From the NCBI GenBank assembly GCA_963719225.1, contig CAVRAY010000002.1, positions 192,001-256,000 of the forward strand: 64,000 bases of DNA. The letters run 5' to 3'. Positions 35,918 through 46,144 of this stretch are shown here, piece after piece (within the stretch, counting starts at the first letter, position 1; the number at the start of each line of letters is the position of its first letter). The translations under genes and the position numbers were made by a program. The notes under the pieces are model-generated. The model made no database searches, was not told where the DNA came from, and saw only the letters and a program-made list of their open reading frames with translations. Origin of the DNA: Thermoanaerobaculia bacterium. Its GTDB lineage: Bacteria; Acidobacteriota; Thermoanaerobaculia; UBA5066.

Positions 35918-36580
35918 TCACTTCTTCGAGCCGCGCGGCACGTAGATCTGGGTGCCCCGGAAGGGGCGGGTGACCTGCGCGATGAGGTCTTCGAGGTCGC
36001 CCTTCCTCTCGACGAAGTCGATCTCGTTCGTCTCGACGACGAGCAGCGGGCAATCCCGGAAGTGATAGAAGAAATAGTTGTACGCCTCGACGAGGGACTT
36101 GAGGTACTCGGGCGCGATCGTCTTCTCGAAGGCGCGCCCCCGCTTCCGGATGCGGCCGAGGCAGGTCTCGACGCTCGCCGTGAGGTGCACGACGAGGTCG
36201 GGACGCGGCACGCTCGCGGCGAGCGTGGCATAGAGCTTGTCGTAGAGCGCGATCTCGGCGTCGTTCAGCGTCAGGTAGGCGAAGATCTTGTCCTTCGCGA
36301 ACGTGTAGTCCGCGATCACGAGGTTCCGGAAGAGATCGATCTGGGCGATCTCCTGCTGCTGGCGAAAGCGGGAGAGCAGGAAGTAGATCTGGGTCTGGAA
36401 CGCCGCGCCCTTCTTTCCCGCGTAGAAGTCCGCGAGGAACGGGTTCGTGACGTCCTCGAGGATCTGCGTGCCGCTGAAACGCTTCGCGAGGAGCCCCACG
36501 AGCGACGTCTTTCCGACGCCGATCGGGCCCTCGATCGCGATGTGGCGAAGCGGGAATTCCTTCGGGGTGGGCGCCGGCAC
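35918..36580 (-). CDS. deoxynucleoside kinase family protein
   Basis: IEGPIGVGKTSL, NPFLADFY, FLLSRF and RIRKRGRAFE motifs. Confidence 0.92.
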   Translation of the reverse strand: MPAPTPKEFPLRHIAIEGPIGVGKTSLVGLLAKRFSGTQILEDVTNPFLADFYAGKKGAAFQTQIYFLLSRFRQQQEIAQIDLFRNLVIADYTFAKDKIFAYLTLNDAEIALYDKLYATLAASVPRPDLVVHLTASVETCLGRIRKRGRAFEKTIAPEYLKSLVEAYNYFFYHFRDCPLLVVETNEIDFVERKGDLEDLIAQVTRPFRGTQIYVPRGSKK

Positions 36581-36592
36581 GAGAGCGCGAGT

Positions 36593-37447
36593 TTAGCGCC
36601 TGAGGAAGACGTCGCCGGCGCCGCAGACGAAGACCGCGACCGACAGCCAGCCGTTCGCCGTGAAGAACGCGCCGTTCACGCGCGAAAGGTCCTTCTCCGA
36701 GACGAGGGCGTGCTGACGAACGAGAAAAAGGCCCGCGAGGAGAACCCCGAGCCCGAAGAGGAGGCCGCCATTGGCCAGGACGAAGGCGCCGTAGAGGAGC
36801 GCGAGCGAGACCGCGTGGAAGAACGTCGAGAGGTCGAGGGCACGGCGGGCGCCGAAACGCGCCGGCAGCGAGAAGAGGCCGTTTTCGCGGTCGAACGCCT
36901 CGTCCTGGAGGCTGTAGATCACGTCGAAGCCCGCGACCCAGAAGAGGACGGAAAGACCGAGCACGAGAGGCGTCGCCGCGAACCGACCCGTCACGGCGAT
37001 CCAGGCGCCCACAGGAGCGATCGCGAGGCCGAGTCCGAGGACGAGATGGGAGAGCGCGCTCAGGCGTTTCGTGAACGAGTAGCCGAGAACGATCGCGAGC
37101 GCGAGCGGCGAGAGCGCGAAGCACAGGGGATTCAGAAGCCAGGCGGCCACGAGGAACGCCGCGGCCGAGAGCGCGCAGAAGACGGAGGCGGCCGTCACCG
37201 AGACGGAGCCCGCCGGGATCTCGCGCGCGGCGGTCCGGGGGTTCCTCGCATCGACGTCCCGGTCCACGATCCGGTTGAAGGCCATCGCCGAAGAGCGCGC
37301 GCCCGCCATGGCCAGGACGATCAACGCCAGCGTCCGGACCTCGGGCACGCCGCGCGCGGCGAGCACGGCCGCGAGCAGCGCGAACGGCATCGCGAAGACC
37401 GTGTGCGAGAACGTGACGAGGGAAAAGAACCTCCCGACGCCCTTCAC
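36593..37447 (-). CDS. UbiA/MqnP-like aromatic prenyltransferase
   Basis: HTVFAMPF, NRIVDRDVDARNPRT, YSFTKR and FDVIYSLQD motifs. Confidence 0.92.
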   Translation of the reverse strand: MKGVGRFFSLVTFSHTVFAMPFALLAAVLAARGVPEVRTLALIVLAMAGARSSAMAFNRIVDRDVDARNPRTAAREIPAGSVSVTAASVFCALSAAAFLVAAWLLNPLCFALSPLALAIVLGYSFTKRLSALSHLVLGLGLAIAPVGAWIAVTGRFAATPLVLGLSVLFWVAGFDVIYSLQDEAFDRENGLFSLPARFGARRALDLSTFFHAVSLALLYGAFVLANGGLLFGLGVLLAGLFLVRQHALVSEKDLSRVNGAFFTANGWLSVAVFVCGAGDVFLRR

Positions 37448-38067
37448 GTGCCGCCCGTCCAGCGGTAGTCGTCCGTGTCGATCCCGACGTCGAGGAGGTC
37501 GGCGACGCGCAGCAGGTAGGCGTCGAGGAGGTCATCCGCCTCGCGCGCCGCGTAGAACGCCGGGACGACGGGCGCGACGATGCCGCCCGCCCGCGTGACG
37601 CGCACGATGTTCTCGGCGTGCACGAGAGACAGCGGCGTCTCGCGAAGGCCGAGGACGAGCCGGCGCCGCTCCTTCAGGCAGACGTCGGCCGCGCGCTGCA
37701 GGAGACCACGCGACGTGCCGTGCGCGATCGCGGCGAGCGTCCCCGCCGAGCACGGCAGGACGGCCATCCCGCGCGTCTTGAACGAGCCCGAGGAGATCGG
37801 TGCGTCCACGGCGCTCTCGGCGTGCAGGACAAGCTTCGCGCGCGACGCTTCGGGGAGGTCCGCGGAATCGAGAAGCGCTTCGACGGACGTGATCCCCGCG
37901 TCGATCTCCGTGCGTGCCACGAGAAGCGCGCGCGGCGAGACGACGACGTGAAGGTGCGTGAGGTCGGGCGAGGCCGCAAAGACCTTCAGCGCACGCAGTC
38001 CGAGGCGCGTGCCGCTCGCCCCGGAGATGCCGAGGATCAGGTCGCGCTTCCCTCCCGCCGCCGCCAT
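37444..38067 (-). CDS. ubiX: flavin prenyltransferase
   Basis: GISGASG, ISSGSF, PCSAGTL, RAADVCLKERR, RETPL and PAFY motifs. Confidence 0.93.
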   Translation of the reverse strand: MAAAGGKRDLILGISGASGTRLGLRALKVFAASPDLTHLHVVVSPRALLVARTEIDAGITSVEALLDSADLPEASRAKLVLHAESAVDAPISSGSFKTRGMAVLPCSAGTLAAIAHGTSRGLLQRAADVCLKERRRLVLGLRETPLSLVHAENIVRVTRAGGIVAPVVPAFYAAREADDLLDAYLLRVADLLDVGIDTDDYRWTGGT

Positions 38068-38424
38068 TCCTCGATTGTCCTACGCGACAGCTTTTCCTGT
38101 CGCCTTCTCCCCATTTCGTGCGGGAGGGGAGAAGAGATCTTCTCAGAAGGAAATAGGGCCTGGGCCGACGGGTCGCATGACAGGAGAACTTGACGCCGAG
38201 CCGCGGCGCTCAAATCTTCCTTCTAAGAAGAATTCCCCGGGGCGCCAACGACTTGCGACTCATGCCGCACTCGAGGCACGCCTCGTGCGATGCGCGGGGC
38301 GGAGGTGATGGATGACCTAGACCCCTGAACGCGCACCCGGGCGCGCCCGGGAATCAGCGGAAGGAACACCCGAACCCCGATGTCCTGAATTTCCACAACG
38401 AAACGAAACCAAAAGGAGTTTCCA

Positions 38425-38838
38425 ATGGCTCTCCGTCCGATCGTCCGCGCGCTCGTCGTGCCCGTCCTCGGGCTCTCGCTGTCCGGCATCGCCTCGCATC
38501 CGGTCCTGGCCGAAGGCGAGCCTCCGGCCGCGCACAAGCTGGTCAACATCAATCAGGCGACGTCCGCCGAGCTCGCGCGTCTGCCGCGCGTCGGCGTGAA
38601 GCTCGCCGACCGGATCGTCGCGCACCGCAAGGAGCACGGTCCGTTCCGGCGCATCGAGGACCTCATGGAGGTCAAGGGTGTCGGGGAGAAGTTCTTCTCC
38701 ACGCTGAAGCCCTATCTCGCCGTGTCCGGCCCCACGACGCTCGCCGAGAAGGTGTCCTCGAAGGGTTCTCGCGGCGCCACGAGCAAAGCGAAAAAGTCAG
38801 GGAACCCCGCCTCGAAAGCCCAAAAGGCGAAGGCCTGA
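38425..38838 (+). CDS. comEA: ComEA-family helix-hairpin-helix DNA-binding protein
   Basis: Signal peptide; VNINQAT…LPRVG…A.RIV…GPF…EDLMEVKGVGEK. Confidence 0.88.
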   Translation: MALRPIVRALVVPVLGLSLSGIASHPVLAEGEPPAAHKLVNINQATSAELARLPRVGVKLADRIVAHRKEHGPFRRIEDLMEVKGVGEKFFSTLKPYLAVSGPTTLAEKVSSKGSRGATSKAKKSGNPASKAQKAKA

Positions 38839-38903
38839 CGGAGCGGGCGGCCCGCGCGGAGCTTCCGCCGGGCCGCCCCTCCTCTTCCCGGAGAAGGCCG
38901 AAC

Positions 38904-39488
38904 ATGCGCGGCACCTCCCTCACCGAGCTCGTCCTCGTCCTCGCCATTCTCGGGCTCTTCTTCGCGCTGAGCCTCCCGCCCTTCACGGACTTCCTCGCCG
39001 AAGAGGGGCTTCAGGCCGCCGCCCGCGAGGTCTCTGCCATCTTCACCGCCGCCCGCGGCCGCGCCATTTTCCAGAGCGTCGACGTGGGCGTGAAGTGGAT
39101 GAACAGCGGCGGAGATCTCGTCCTGTCCGTCTATCAGGACGGCAACGGCAACGGCGTCCTGACCGCCGACATCAACAAGGGCGTCGACCGCCTCGTCGCG
39201 GGCCCCTACTGGATGCGCGGGAAATATCCCGGCATCACGTTCTCCTTCGTCCCCGGCTTCAACGGCCTCGACCCTGGCGGCGCTCCGATCGGCAGCCTGA
39301 CCGATCCCCTGCGCTTCGGAAAGTCGGACATCTGCACGTTCTCGCCTGTCGGCAAGGCCTCGCCCGGCTCGGTCTACCTCTCGAACAGGAAAGGCCGCCA
39401 GGCGGCCGTACGCGTCACCCCGTCGAACGCGAAGATCCAGATCTTCACGTGGCACGGCAAGTCCATCAAATGGATCAAGAGATGGTGA
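38904..39488 (+). CDS. GspH/FimT-like pseudopilin
   Basis: RG|TSLTELVLVLAILG prepilin motif. Confidence 0.85.
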   Translation: MRGTSLTELVLVLAILGLFFALSLPPFTDFLAEEGLQAAAREVSAIFTAARGRAIFQSVDVGVKWMNSGGDLVLSVYQDGNGNGVLTADINKGVDRLVAGPYWMRGKYPGITFSFVPGFNGLDPGGAPIGSLTDPLRFGKSDICTFSPVGKASPGSVYLSNRKGRQAAVRVTPSNAKIQIFTWHGKSIKWIKRW

Positions 39489-39493
39489 CCGTC

Positions 39494-40213
39494 TCAGTCG
39501 GCGGGAAGCGCCGCTTCCGCGACGGCGAGCCGCTCTTTCGTCCCCAGATCGAACCAGACTCCGTCGTCGGGCGTCCGGTACGGGACCAGGGCGAAGGCGC
39601 CGTCCCTGGCGCGCGCGGAAGGCGCGAGGACGTTCCTGGCGAGCTCGGCAAAGCCGGGGGGAATGCGCGTGACGAGGGGCGGGTTCGCGGCCTGGAGTCC
39701 CGTGAAGAGCCAGGGCCCCTCCCCTCCGGAAGGACGTTCGCCTCCGACGGCGAGGAGCCGCCCGCGCGGATCCGACCAGAGCGGCGTCGAGACACCGGGG
39801 CTCTCGTTCGGGAGAACGGCGAGCGCCGAGAGGACGCCCGGCCCGTGGCGAGCCGCGAGGAGGCGTCCGAGCGGGAGCGTCGTCGCGACGTCGCCGTTCG
39901 CGACGAGGAAAGGCCCCGTCCCCAGAAGGCACCGCGCGTGGGCGAGCCGAATGCCTCCGGCGGTGCCCAGGATCTCCTCTTCGAAAGACCATGCGACGGG
40001 GATTCCCTCGTACGACTCTCCGACGGCGCCGCGCAGCTCCTCCGCGAGATGGTGCGCGTTCACGACGAAGGCCTCCGCCCCTTGTCCGAGAAGGTGATCG
40101 AAAACGTGAAACAGGATCGGGCGGCCCTTGAGCGGGAGGAGAGGTTTGGGCGTTGCGCTTGTTTCGGGGCGGAAACGCGTGCCGAAGCCGGCCGCGAGGA
40201 CGAGGGCGATCAT
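39494..40213 (-). CDS. sugar-phosphate nucleotidyltransferase (MurU-like)
   Basis: LAAGFGTRFRP…PKPL, LGTAGG, NGDV and WFDLGT motifs. Confidence 0.88.
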   Translation of the reverse strand: MIALVLAAGFGTRFRPETSATPKPLLPLKGRPILFHVFDHLLGQGAEAFVVNAHHLAEELRGAVGESYEGIPVAWSFEEEILGTAGGIRLAHARCLLGTGPFLVANGDVATTLPLGRLLAARHGPGVLSALAVLPNESPGVSTPLWSDPRGRLLAVGGERPSGGEGPWLFTGLQAANPPLVTRIPPGFAELARNVLAPSARARDGAFALVPYRTPDDGVWFDLGTKERLAVAEAALPAD

Positions 40214-40245
40214 CCGGGCTGAAGGATAGCCTCACAATACGGGCC

Positions 40246-41913
40246 GTGCCCGGCCCCATCCGCTATCGGCTCTCCGGCGTGCGCGCCCGCGCGCCGAAGA
40301 GCGTGGACATCCCCCTCGTCGCGCGTGTCCTCGGCGTCCCGCCCGAGAGCCTCTCCGATCTCGTGCTCATCCGTCGCTCCCTGGACGCGAGGCAGAAACC
40401 GGCGCTCTTCTGGGACCTCACGGTGGAATTCTCGTCGGACGCGCCGCTCGCGCCGCGGCTGACGGCTCCCCTGCGCCTGTCCGAGGCGCCCGCGGCCCGC
40501 GCCCCGGAGCTGCTGCTCCCTCCCGCCGAGCGCGCGGCCCGGGTGGCCGTCGTCGGCACCGGGCCGGCCGGCCTCTTCGCGGCCCTCGCTCTCGTGGACG
40601 CCGGCATCCCGGTCACGGTCCTCGAGCGCGGGGACCCGGCCGAGGACCGGTACCGTACGGTGCAGAAGTTCTGGACGTCCGGCGTCTTCGATCCCGAGTC
40701 GAACGTCCAGTTCGGAGAGGGAGGCGCCGGCACGTTCAGCGACGGCAAGCTGACCTGCGGCAAGCGTCACGACAGGATCGCGGTCGTCCTCGAGACGCTG
40801 CACCGCTTCGGGGCTCCTGCGTCGATTCTCGTGGACGCCAAGCCACACATCGGCACGGACCGCCTCGTCGTCGTCCTGCGCAACATCCGCAAGCACCTCC
40901 TCGAGCATGGCGCGACGCTGCGCTATCGCGCGAAGGTCACGGACTTCGCGACGAAGGGCCCGGACAACCGGCTGACGGCCCTGACGCTGGCGTCGGGAGA
41001 GGAGATTCCGGCGGAGCTCGCGATCCTCGCGCTCGGACATTCCGCGCGCGACACGATGGACATGCTTTTCTGCCGCGGCGTCGCGATGACGCGCAAGCAC
41101 TTCGCGATGGGCCTTCGCATCGAGCACCCGCAGGACGCCGTGGACCTCATCCAGTACGCGCAGATCTCGTCGGCCTGCGGCGTGATGCCCGCGGATTACA
41201 AGCAGGCGCACGTCGCGTCGAACGGACGCGGGATTTACACCTTCTGCATGTGTCCGGGCGGCGAGGTCATCGCGTGCTCCTCCGAGCCCTCGGGCGTCGT
41301 GACGAACGGCATGTCGCGCTACAAGCGCTCGTCCGGCTACGCGAACGCAGGGTTGGTCGTCCAGACGCGCGACGAGGACTTCGACGCGCTGGGCGGCGAG
41401 GCGCTCTTCCGCGGCCGCGACCTCCAGCGCCGTGTCGAGGAGGCAGCCTACAGGGCAGCCGGCGAAACGTACGCCGCTCCGGCGCTCCGCGTCACGGACT
41501 TCCTGAAGAGCCGCACGTCGCGCATCTCGCCGCGGGACATTCTCGCGACGACATACGGGCCCGCGGCCGTGCCGTGCCTCTTCGACGGCATCCTGCCCGA
41601 CCCCTATCTCGACGCCCTCGCCGAGGGCCTGCGCGCCTTCGACGAGAGGATGCCGGGCTTCATCTCGGACGAGGCCGTGCTCCTCGCCCCGGAGTCGCGC
41701 ACGTCCTCGCCCGTCCGCATCGAGCGGAACGGATGGTGCGAGTCGCCGACCGTCCCCGGCCTCTTTCCCGCAGGCGAAGGCGCGGGCTTCGCGGGCGGCA
41801 TCGTCTCGGCCGCCCTGGACGGCCTCCGCGTCGCCGCGCACGCACGCGCGAAGCTTGCGGGCGAGCCCTTGCCCGAGGAGAAGTCCACGACGTACACGGG
41901 GCCGGAGTACTGA
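40246..41913 (+). CDS. uncharacterised FAD-dependent dehydrogenase
   Basis: GTGPAG, FGEGGAGTFSDGKL, KPHIGTD, FCMCPGG and GEGAGFAGGIVSA motifs; start set to GTG 40246. Confidence 0.9.
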   Translation: MPGPIRYRLSGVRARAPKSVDIPLVARVLGVPPESLSDLVLIRRSLDARQKPALFWDLTVEFSSDAPLAPRLTAPLRLSEAPAARAPELLLPPAERAARVAVVGTGPAGLFAALALVDAGIPVTVLERGDPAEDRYRTVQKFWTSGVFDPESNVQFGEGGAGTFSDGKLTCGKRHDRIAVVLETLHRFGAPASILVDAKPHIGTDRLVVVLRNIRKHLLEHGATLRYRAKVTDFATKGPDNRLTALTLASGEEIPAELAILALGHSARDTMDMLFCRGVAMTRKHFAMGLRIEHPQDAVDLIQYAQISSACGVMPADYKQAHVASNGRGIYTFCMCPGGEVIACSSEPSGVVTNGMSRYKRSSGYANAGLVVQTRDEDFDALGGEALFRGRDLQRRVEEAAYRAAGETYAAPALRVTDFLKSRTSRISPRDILATTYGPAAVPCLFDGILPDPYLDALAEGLRAFDERMPGFISDEAVLLAPESRTSSPVRIERNGWCESPTVPGLFPAGEGAGFAGGIVSAALDGLRVAAHARAKLAGEPLPEEKSTTYTGPEY

Positions 41914-41931
41914 GGCCTCACGCCGGTTGCT

Positions 41932-43176
41932 TCACGCCCTTGGCCGTTTCGTGACGTGGATCAGGGCGGCTGACGCGAACGCGATCATCAGCGGGTCCGT
42001 GAAGGGAATCCGGAACCGCATCACCACCTGATGCGGGATGTGGGCGAGCCAGATGACGAGAAAGTAGCCGAGGACCCAGATCGTGACGAACCGGTCCCGC
42101 TTCCAGTGCCCTACGAGACCGAGCGCGGCAAGGGTGTAAAGCAGAATGTTGAGGCCCGCGCTGCCGGCGACGGCCGCCCTTCCGTACTCTCGCGGGTCGA
42201 GCCACGGGCGCCAAAACCGCCAGGCCTTCCGGCATGCGAATCCAACCGCCTCGGCCGGATCCCGATCGATGTTCGCGAGGCCCTCGTAAAGCCACGCGCG
42301 GCTTCGTTCCCTCGGTGACCGGCCGGGCGTCGCGATCGCGCGCGCGACCGCGGGTGTCAATTCGGTCTCGAACGCGAGTGCGGCGCGGCGATAGTCGGCC
42401 GCGTCCTGAATGCGCATGATGCGATCCATCTCCGGGTGCGAGCCGCGCCAGAAGCTGAAGCCCGCTGCGTCATTCACGAAAATCAGCTCGTGATAGCGCA
42501 TGGCATTGCGCACGATCCACGGCAGCAACACGACAGCAGCTCCGAGAACGAGAGTGCCCGCCGAGGCCCACCGCGGCTTTCCGATTCCACGCGCGAAGAG
42601 CAACGTGCAGCCGGCGAACGCAATCGCCACGAGTCCAGCCGGTCGCGTCAGTGCCGCGAGCGCGAACGCGCCTCCGCCGAGCAGGGCGCTCCTGGTGTTG
42701 CCGTCTCCAAGAGCTTTCAGGAACCCCCAGGTCCCGAGGGTCAGGAAGAACATGAACAGGGGTTCCGTCCTGACGTCACCGACGCCGAGAATGAAGAACG
42801 GATTCAGCGCCGCGAGGAGAGCTGACACGGTTGCAGCCCCCGAGGACGCGAAGAGCAGCCAGGCGATCTCGCCGAGGACGAGCGCGGTGCCCGAATCACA
42901 TGCGGCAAGCGCGACTTTCACTACGACGACACGCTCGGGCTGACAGAGCGTCGTCGCCGCGATGAAGAAAGGAAGAGCCGGCGCGCGAAAGAAGGGAAGG
43001 GTCCCGCGATCCGGATATTCGTGCTCCCGGCAAAGATGACTGGCCGTCGCGAGATAGTCCCGCTCATCCCCGAACGAAACGGCGCCGGGGCCGTTCACCG
43101 AGATCGCCCCCACACGGACGGCAAAGGCAACCGCGAAGATCGCGAGCCGCAGCCTCCTGTACGGGCATTCCATCAT
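41932..43176 (-). CDS. GT-C (ArnT/PMT-like) membrane glycosyltransferase
   Basis: GDERDY, FRAPALP, TEPLF, LTRP, PWIVRN and RFRIP motifs; multiple TMs. Confidence 0.8.
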   Translation of the reverse strand: MMECPYRRLRLAIFAVAFAVRVGAISVNGPGAVSFGDERDYLATASHLCREHEYPDRGTLPFFRAPALPFFIAATTLCQPERVVVVKVALAACDSGTALVLGEIAWLLFASSGAATVSALLAALNPFFILGVGDVRTEPLFMFFLTLGTWGFLKALGDGNTRSALLGGGAFALAALTRPAGLVAIAFAGCTLLFARGIGKPRWASAGTLVLGAAVVLLPWIVRNAMRYHELIFVNDAAGFSFWRGSHPEMDRIMRIQDAADYRRAALAFETELTPAVARAIATPGRSPRERSRAWLYEGLANIDRDPAEAVGFACRKAWRFWRPWLDPREYGRAAVAGSAGLNILLYTLAALGLVGHWKRDRFVTIWVLGYFLVIWLAHIPHQVVMRFRIPFTDPLMIAFASAALIHVTKRPRA

Positions 43177-43288
43177 TCGTGAGGCATCGCTGCTGAAGGC
43201 GCCACGGCCTCACGTTACCGCTTCATCGCGAAACTCGACGTGTTCCGTCGACGCCCGAACGGGTTATGCCGTGTAAAGATTCCTCCCG

Positions 43289-45244
43289 ATGCGCCGCGTC
43301 CTCGTCGGCACTGCCGGCCACATCGACCACGGGAAGAGCGCGCTCGTCCGGGCGCTCACGGGGACGGATCCCGACCGCCTGCCCGAGGAGAAGGCGCGCG
43401 GGATCACGATTGACCTCGGGTTCGCGCACGCGACGTGGGACGGGACGACGTTCTCGTTCGTGGACGTGCCCGGGCACGAGAAGTTCGTGCGCACGATGGT
43501 GGCGGGGGCGCAGGGCGTGGACCTCGTCCTCCTCGCGGTCGCCTCCGACGACTCCGTCATGCCGCAGACGCGCGAGCACCTCGACATCCTGAAGCTCCTG
43601 GGCGTGACGTCCGGCGTCGTCACCCGCACGAAGAGCGACCTCGTCGACGCGGAGACCGGCGCGCTCGTCGAGGAGGAGATCCGCGACCTCGTGAAGGGCT
43701 CCTTTCTCGCGAACGCCCCGATCCAGGCCGTGTCCGCGGTGACCGGCGAGGGACTCGAGGCCCTGCGCCGTCACCTGACGATCGCCGCGGCACATCTCGC
43801 GCGCGAGGACCGGAGCCGCCGCACGGCCCGGGTCTTCCTCGACCGCGCCTTCACGATGAAGGGCTTCGGCCCCGTCGTGACGGGCACGCTCGACGGGGGG
43901 CGCCTCGCCCCCGAGGACTCGCTCACGCTTTTTCCCGAAAGGCTCGACGTGAGGGTGCGGCGGCTCGAAGTGCACGGCGAGGAGCGCGCGCACGCCGAGG
44001 CGGGCGAGAGGACGAGCCTGAACCTCGCCGGCGTCGAGCGCGCGACGCTGCGCCGCGGCCAGGCCCTCGTCGCGCGCGGGGGGCTCGAGCCTTCCTCCGT
44101 CCTCACGGTCGAAATCACGTGGCTCCCGTCCGCCGTCTCTCCGATCGAGGACGGCGCGCGGCTGCGCGTCCACCTCGGCACGACCGACGTCGCCGGGCGT
44201 GTCCACCGCCTCGGTGGAAGCGTCGAGGCTCCGGGCGGCCGCGCGTTCTCTCCCGGCTCGACCGGCTTCGCGCAGATCACTCTCGACGCGCCGCTGCCCG
44301 CCCGCCCGGGCGACCGGTTCGTTCTCCGCCGTCCCTCGCCTGCCGCGACGGTCGGCGGCGGGCGCGTGCTCGACGCCGGGCGCCCGCGCCTTCGGCGCCG
44401 GAGCGGCGCGGACCTCGAGCGCGTGCTCTCGGTCCTCGGGAAGGGTGACGAGAGGGACCTCGCGGAGCTCTTCATCCTCGAAGCCGGCCCGGGAGGCCTC
44501 ACCGCGGCGCGTCTCGCTCTTCGGCTCGGCGTGGCCGCTTCCGCGGCGGCGGCCCTGCTCGATGCGCTCGCCTCCTCGGGAAAAGCTCTCCGCATCGCGC
44601 CCGCGCTCTACGCCCACGCGAGCGTTGCGTTCTCCCTCGGCGAGCGGGTGACGGCCGCGTTCGCCGAGCGCCGGAAGAGCGGCACCGCGTCCGCTTCGTT
44701 CGGCAAGGGCGAATTCGCGGAGCGCCTCGCCCGCGGACTCTCTCCGGCCGCCGTGGACGGCTGGATCGCCGTTCTCGCCGCTTCGAAAAAGCTCGCGCTC
44801 GACGGCGACCGCATCGCACCGCCCGGCGCGAGGGCCGCCGATCTCGAGGGAGCCGCCGCGTCCTTCGCCGCGAAGATCGAAGCTGCCTATCGCGCGGCGG
44901 CTTTCGAGCCCCCGAAGCTCTCGGATCTCGCGGCCAACGTCGGCACGAAAGCGGCCGTCGTGGACGGCCTCGTGTCGCACCTCGTGAAATCCGGAATCCT
45001 CGTGCGCCTCTCGCCCGACCTCGTCGTCCACCGGGACGTCTCGGCCGCGGCGGAAAAGAAGCTCGAGTCGGTGCGGGGGCAGACGCTTGGCGTCGCCGGC
45101 TTCCGGGATCTCCTCGGGCTCACGCGCAAGACGCTCATCCCGCTCCTCGAGCACTTCGACGCGAAGAAGCTCACCCGCAGATCGGGGGACGTCCGAAAGG
45201 TCGAAGAGACCGTCAGCGTGCCGAAGCGCGCAGGTTCTTCTTGA
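43289..45244 (+). CDS. selB: selenocysteine-specific elongation factor
   Basis: GHIDHGKS, DRLPEEKARGITIDLGF, DVPGHEKF; C-terminal winged helix GLTRKTLIPLLEHFD. Confidence 0.95.
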   Translation: MRRVLVGTAGHIDHGKSALVRALTGTDPDRLPEEKARGITIDLGFAHATWDGTTFSFVDVPGHEKFVRTMVAGAQGVDLVLLAVASDDSVMPQTREHLDILKLLGVTSGVVTRTKSDLVDAETGALVEEEIRDLVKGSFLANAPIQAVSAVTGEGLEALRRHLTIAAAHLAREDRSRRTARVFLDRAFTMKGFGPVVTGTLDGGRLAPEDSLTLFPERLDVRVRRLEVHGEERAHAEAGERTSLNLAGVERATLRRGQALVARGGLEPSSVLTVEITWLPSAVSPIEDGARLRVHLGTTDVAGRVHRLGGSVEAPGGRAFSPGSTGFAQITLDAPLPARPGDRFVLRRPSPAATVGGGRVLDAGRPRLRRRSGADLERVLSVLGKGDERDLAELFILEAGPGGLTAARLALRLGVAASAAAALLDALASSGKALRIAPALYAHASVAFSLGERVTAAFAERRKSGTASASFGKGEFAERLARGLSPAAVDGWIAVLAASKKLALDGDRIAPPGARAADLEGAAASFAAKIEAAYRAAAFEPPKLSDLAANVGTKAAVVDGLVSHLVKSGILVRLSPDLVVHRDVSAAAEKKLESVRGQTLGVAGFRDLLGLTRKTLIPLLEHFDAKKLTRRSGDVRKVEETVSVPKRAGSS

Positions 45245-46106
45245 CGACGCGCTCGCTCTTTTTCTTCGCCGAATCGAGCGTGTAGTCGAGCGTCGCGTCG
45301 AGCGTCATCCAGCACGAGACCGGACGGCCGCCCGAGCGCGCCGGCGTGAACCGCCACTTGGAGGCGAACCGCTTCATCCAGATCCCGAGGAGAGGTTCCG
45401 TCTCGCCGGTGGGCAGGAAGCGGCTGACGACCCCCTGCTCCGAGACCTCGACGAGCACCGTGGTGCGGGCCCTGACGCGAGCCGCGTCGAAGCTCCAGGG
45501 AGTCTTCTCCGGCGAGGGCAGAACGTCCACGTCCTCGATCGAGACGGCGACGGGGTCCTTGGGCTCGATGTCGCGGGGATATAGCGCCATCCACCCGTCG
45601 CCGGAGGTGTCACGGACCGTGGGAACGAGCGGATCCCCCTTGCGCAGCGCCTCGAGCGTGAAACCCGTGAAGATCCCCTTCTCGAGCGAGATCGCGAGGT
45701 CGATCGAGTACGTCGCCCACGTCTGAACGGGCTGAGAGCCCTTCTTCGCGGGCGTGAACCGCCAGCGGGGAACGAGCGCCGCGAGCGGCGCCGCGAGCCC
45801 CTTGAGCGGCGGCTCGACGGGAACGGCTTCCACGACGCGACCCGTCTCGAGGAGATGGAGGGAAAGAACGAGCGGTTGGCGCGTCTCGAGGTCCTGGGGA
45901 TTCGCCCTCTCCAGGAGCTTCGGCGCCTCGTCGAACGGCCGGAAGAGCGGGTGAGCGTACACGACCTCGGCGGCCGTCACACGCATGGGATCGGGCAGCG
46001 CGTCGACGGGGCGGGCCGCGGGGAGCGGTGCCGGCACGGACACCTGCGCGCGCGCGAGCCCCGCACCTGCGAGGATCGCGAAAACGACGAGGAAAAAGGG
46101 GCGCAT
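45213..46106 (-). CDS. secreted protein with two TonB-C-like domains
   Basis: Signal peptide; twice WRFTPA(K/R)xG..PV..W. Confidence 0.65.
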   Translation of the reverse strand: MRPFFLVVFAILAGAGLARAQVSVPAPLPAARPVDALPDPMRVTAAEVVYAHPLFRPFDEAPKLLERANPQDLETRQPLVLSLHLLETGRVVEAVPVEPPLKGLAAPLAALVPRWRFTPAKKGSQPVQTWATYSIDLAISLEKGIFTGFTLEALRKGDPLVPTVRDTSGDGWMALYPRDIEPKDPVAVSIEDVDVLPSPEKTPWSFDAARVRARTTVLVEVSEQGVVSRFLPTGETEPLLGIWMKRFASKWRFTPARSGGRPVSCWMTLDATLDYTLDSAKKKSERVVKKNLRASAR

Positions 46107-46144
46107 CTCCGCGATTCTAGCGGCACGCAAGGTCGGGCAGCCCG

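Noticed and set aside
43289-45244. Selenoprotein or sel operon around selB
   Set aside because: No selA, selD or selC and no convincing in-frame UGA with SECIS seen.
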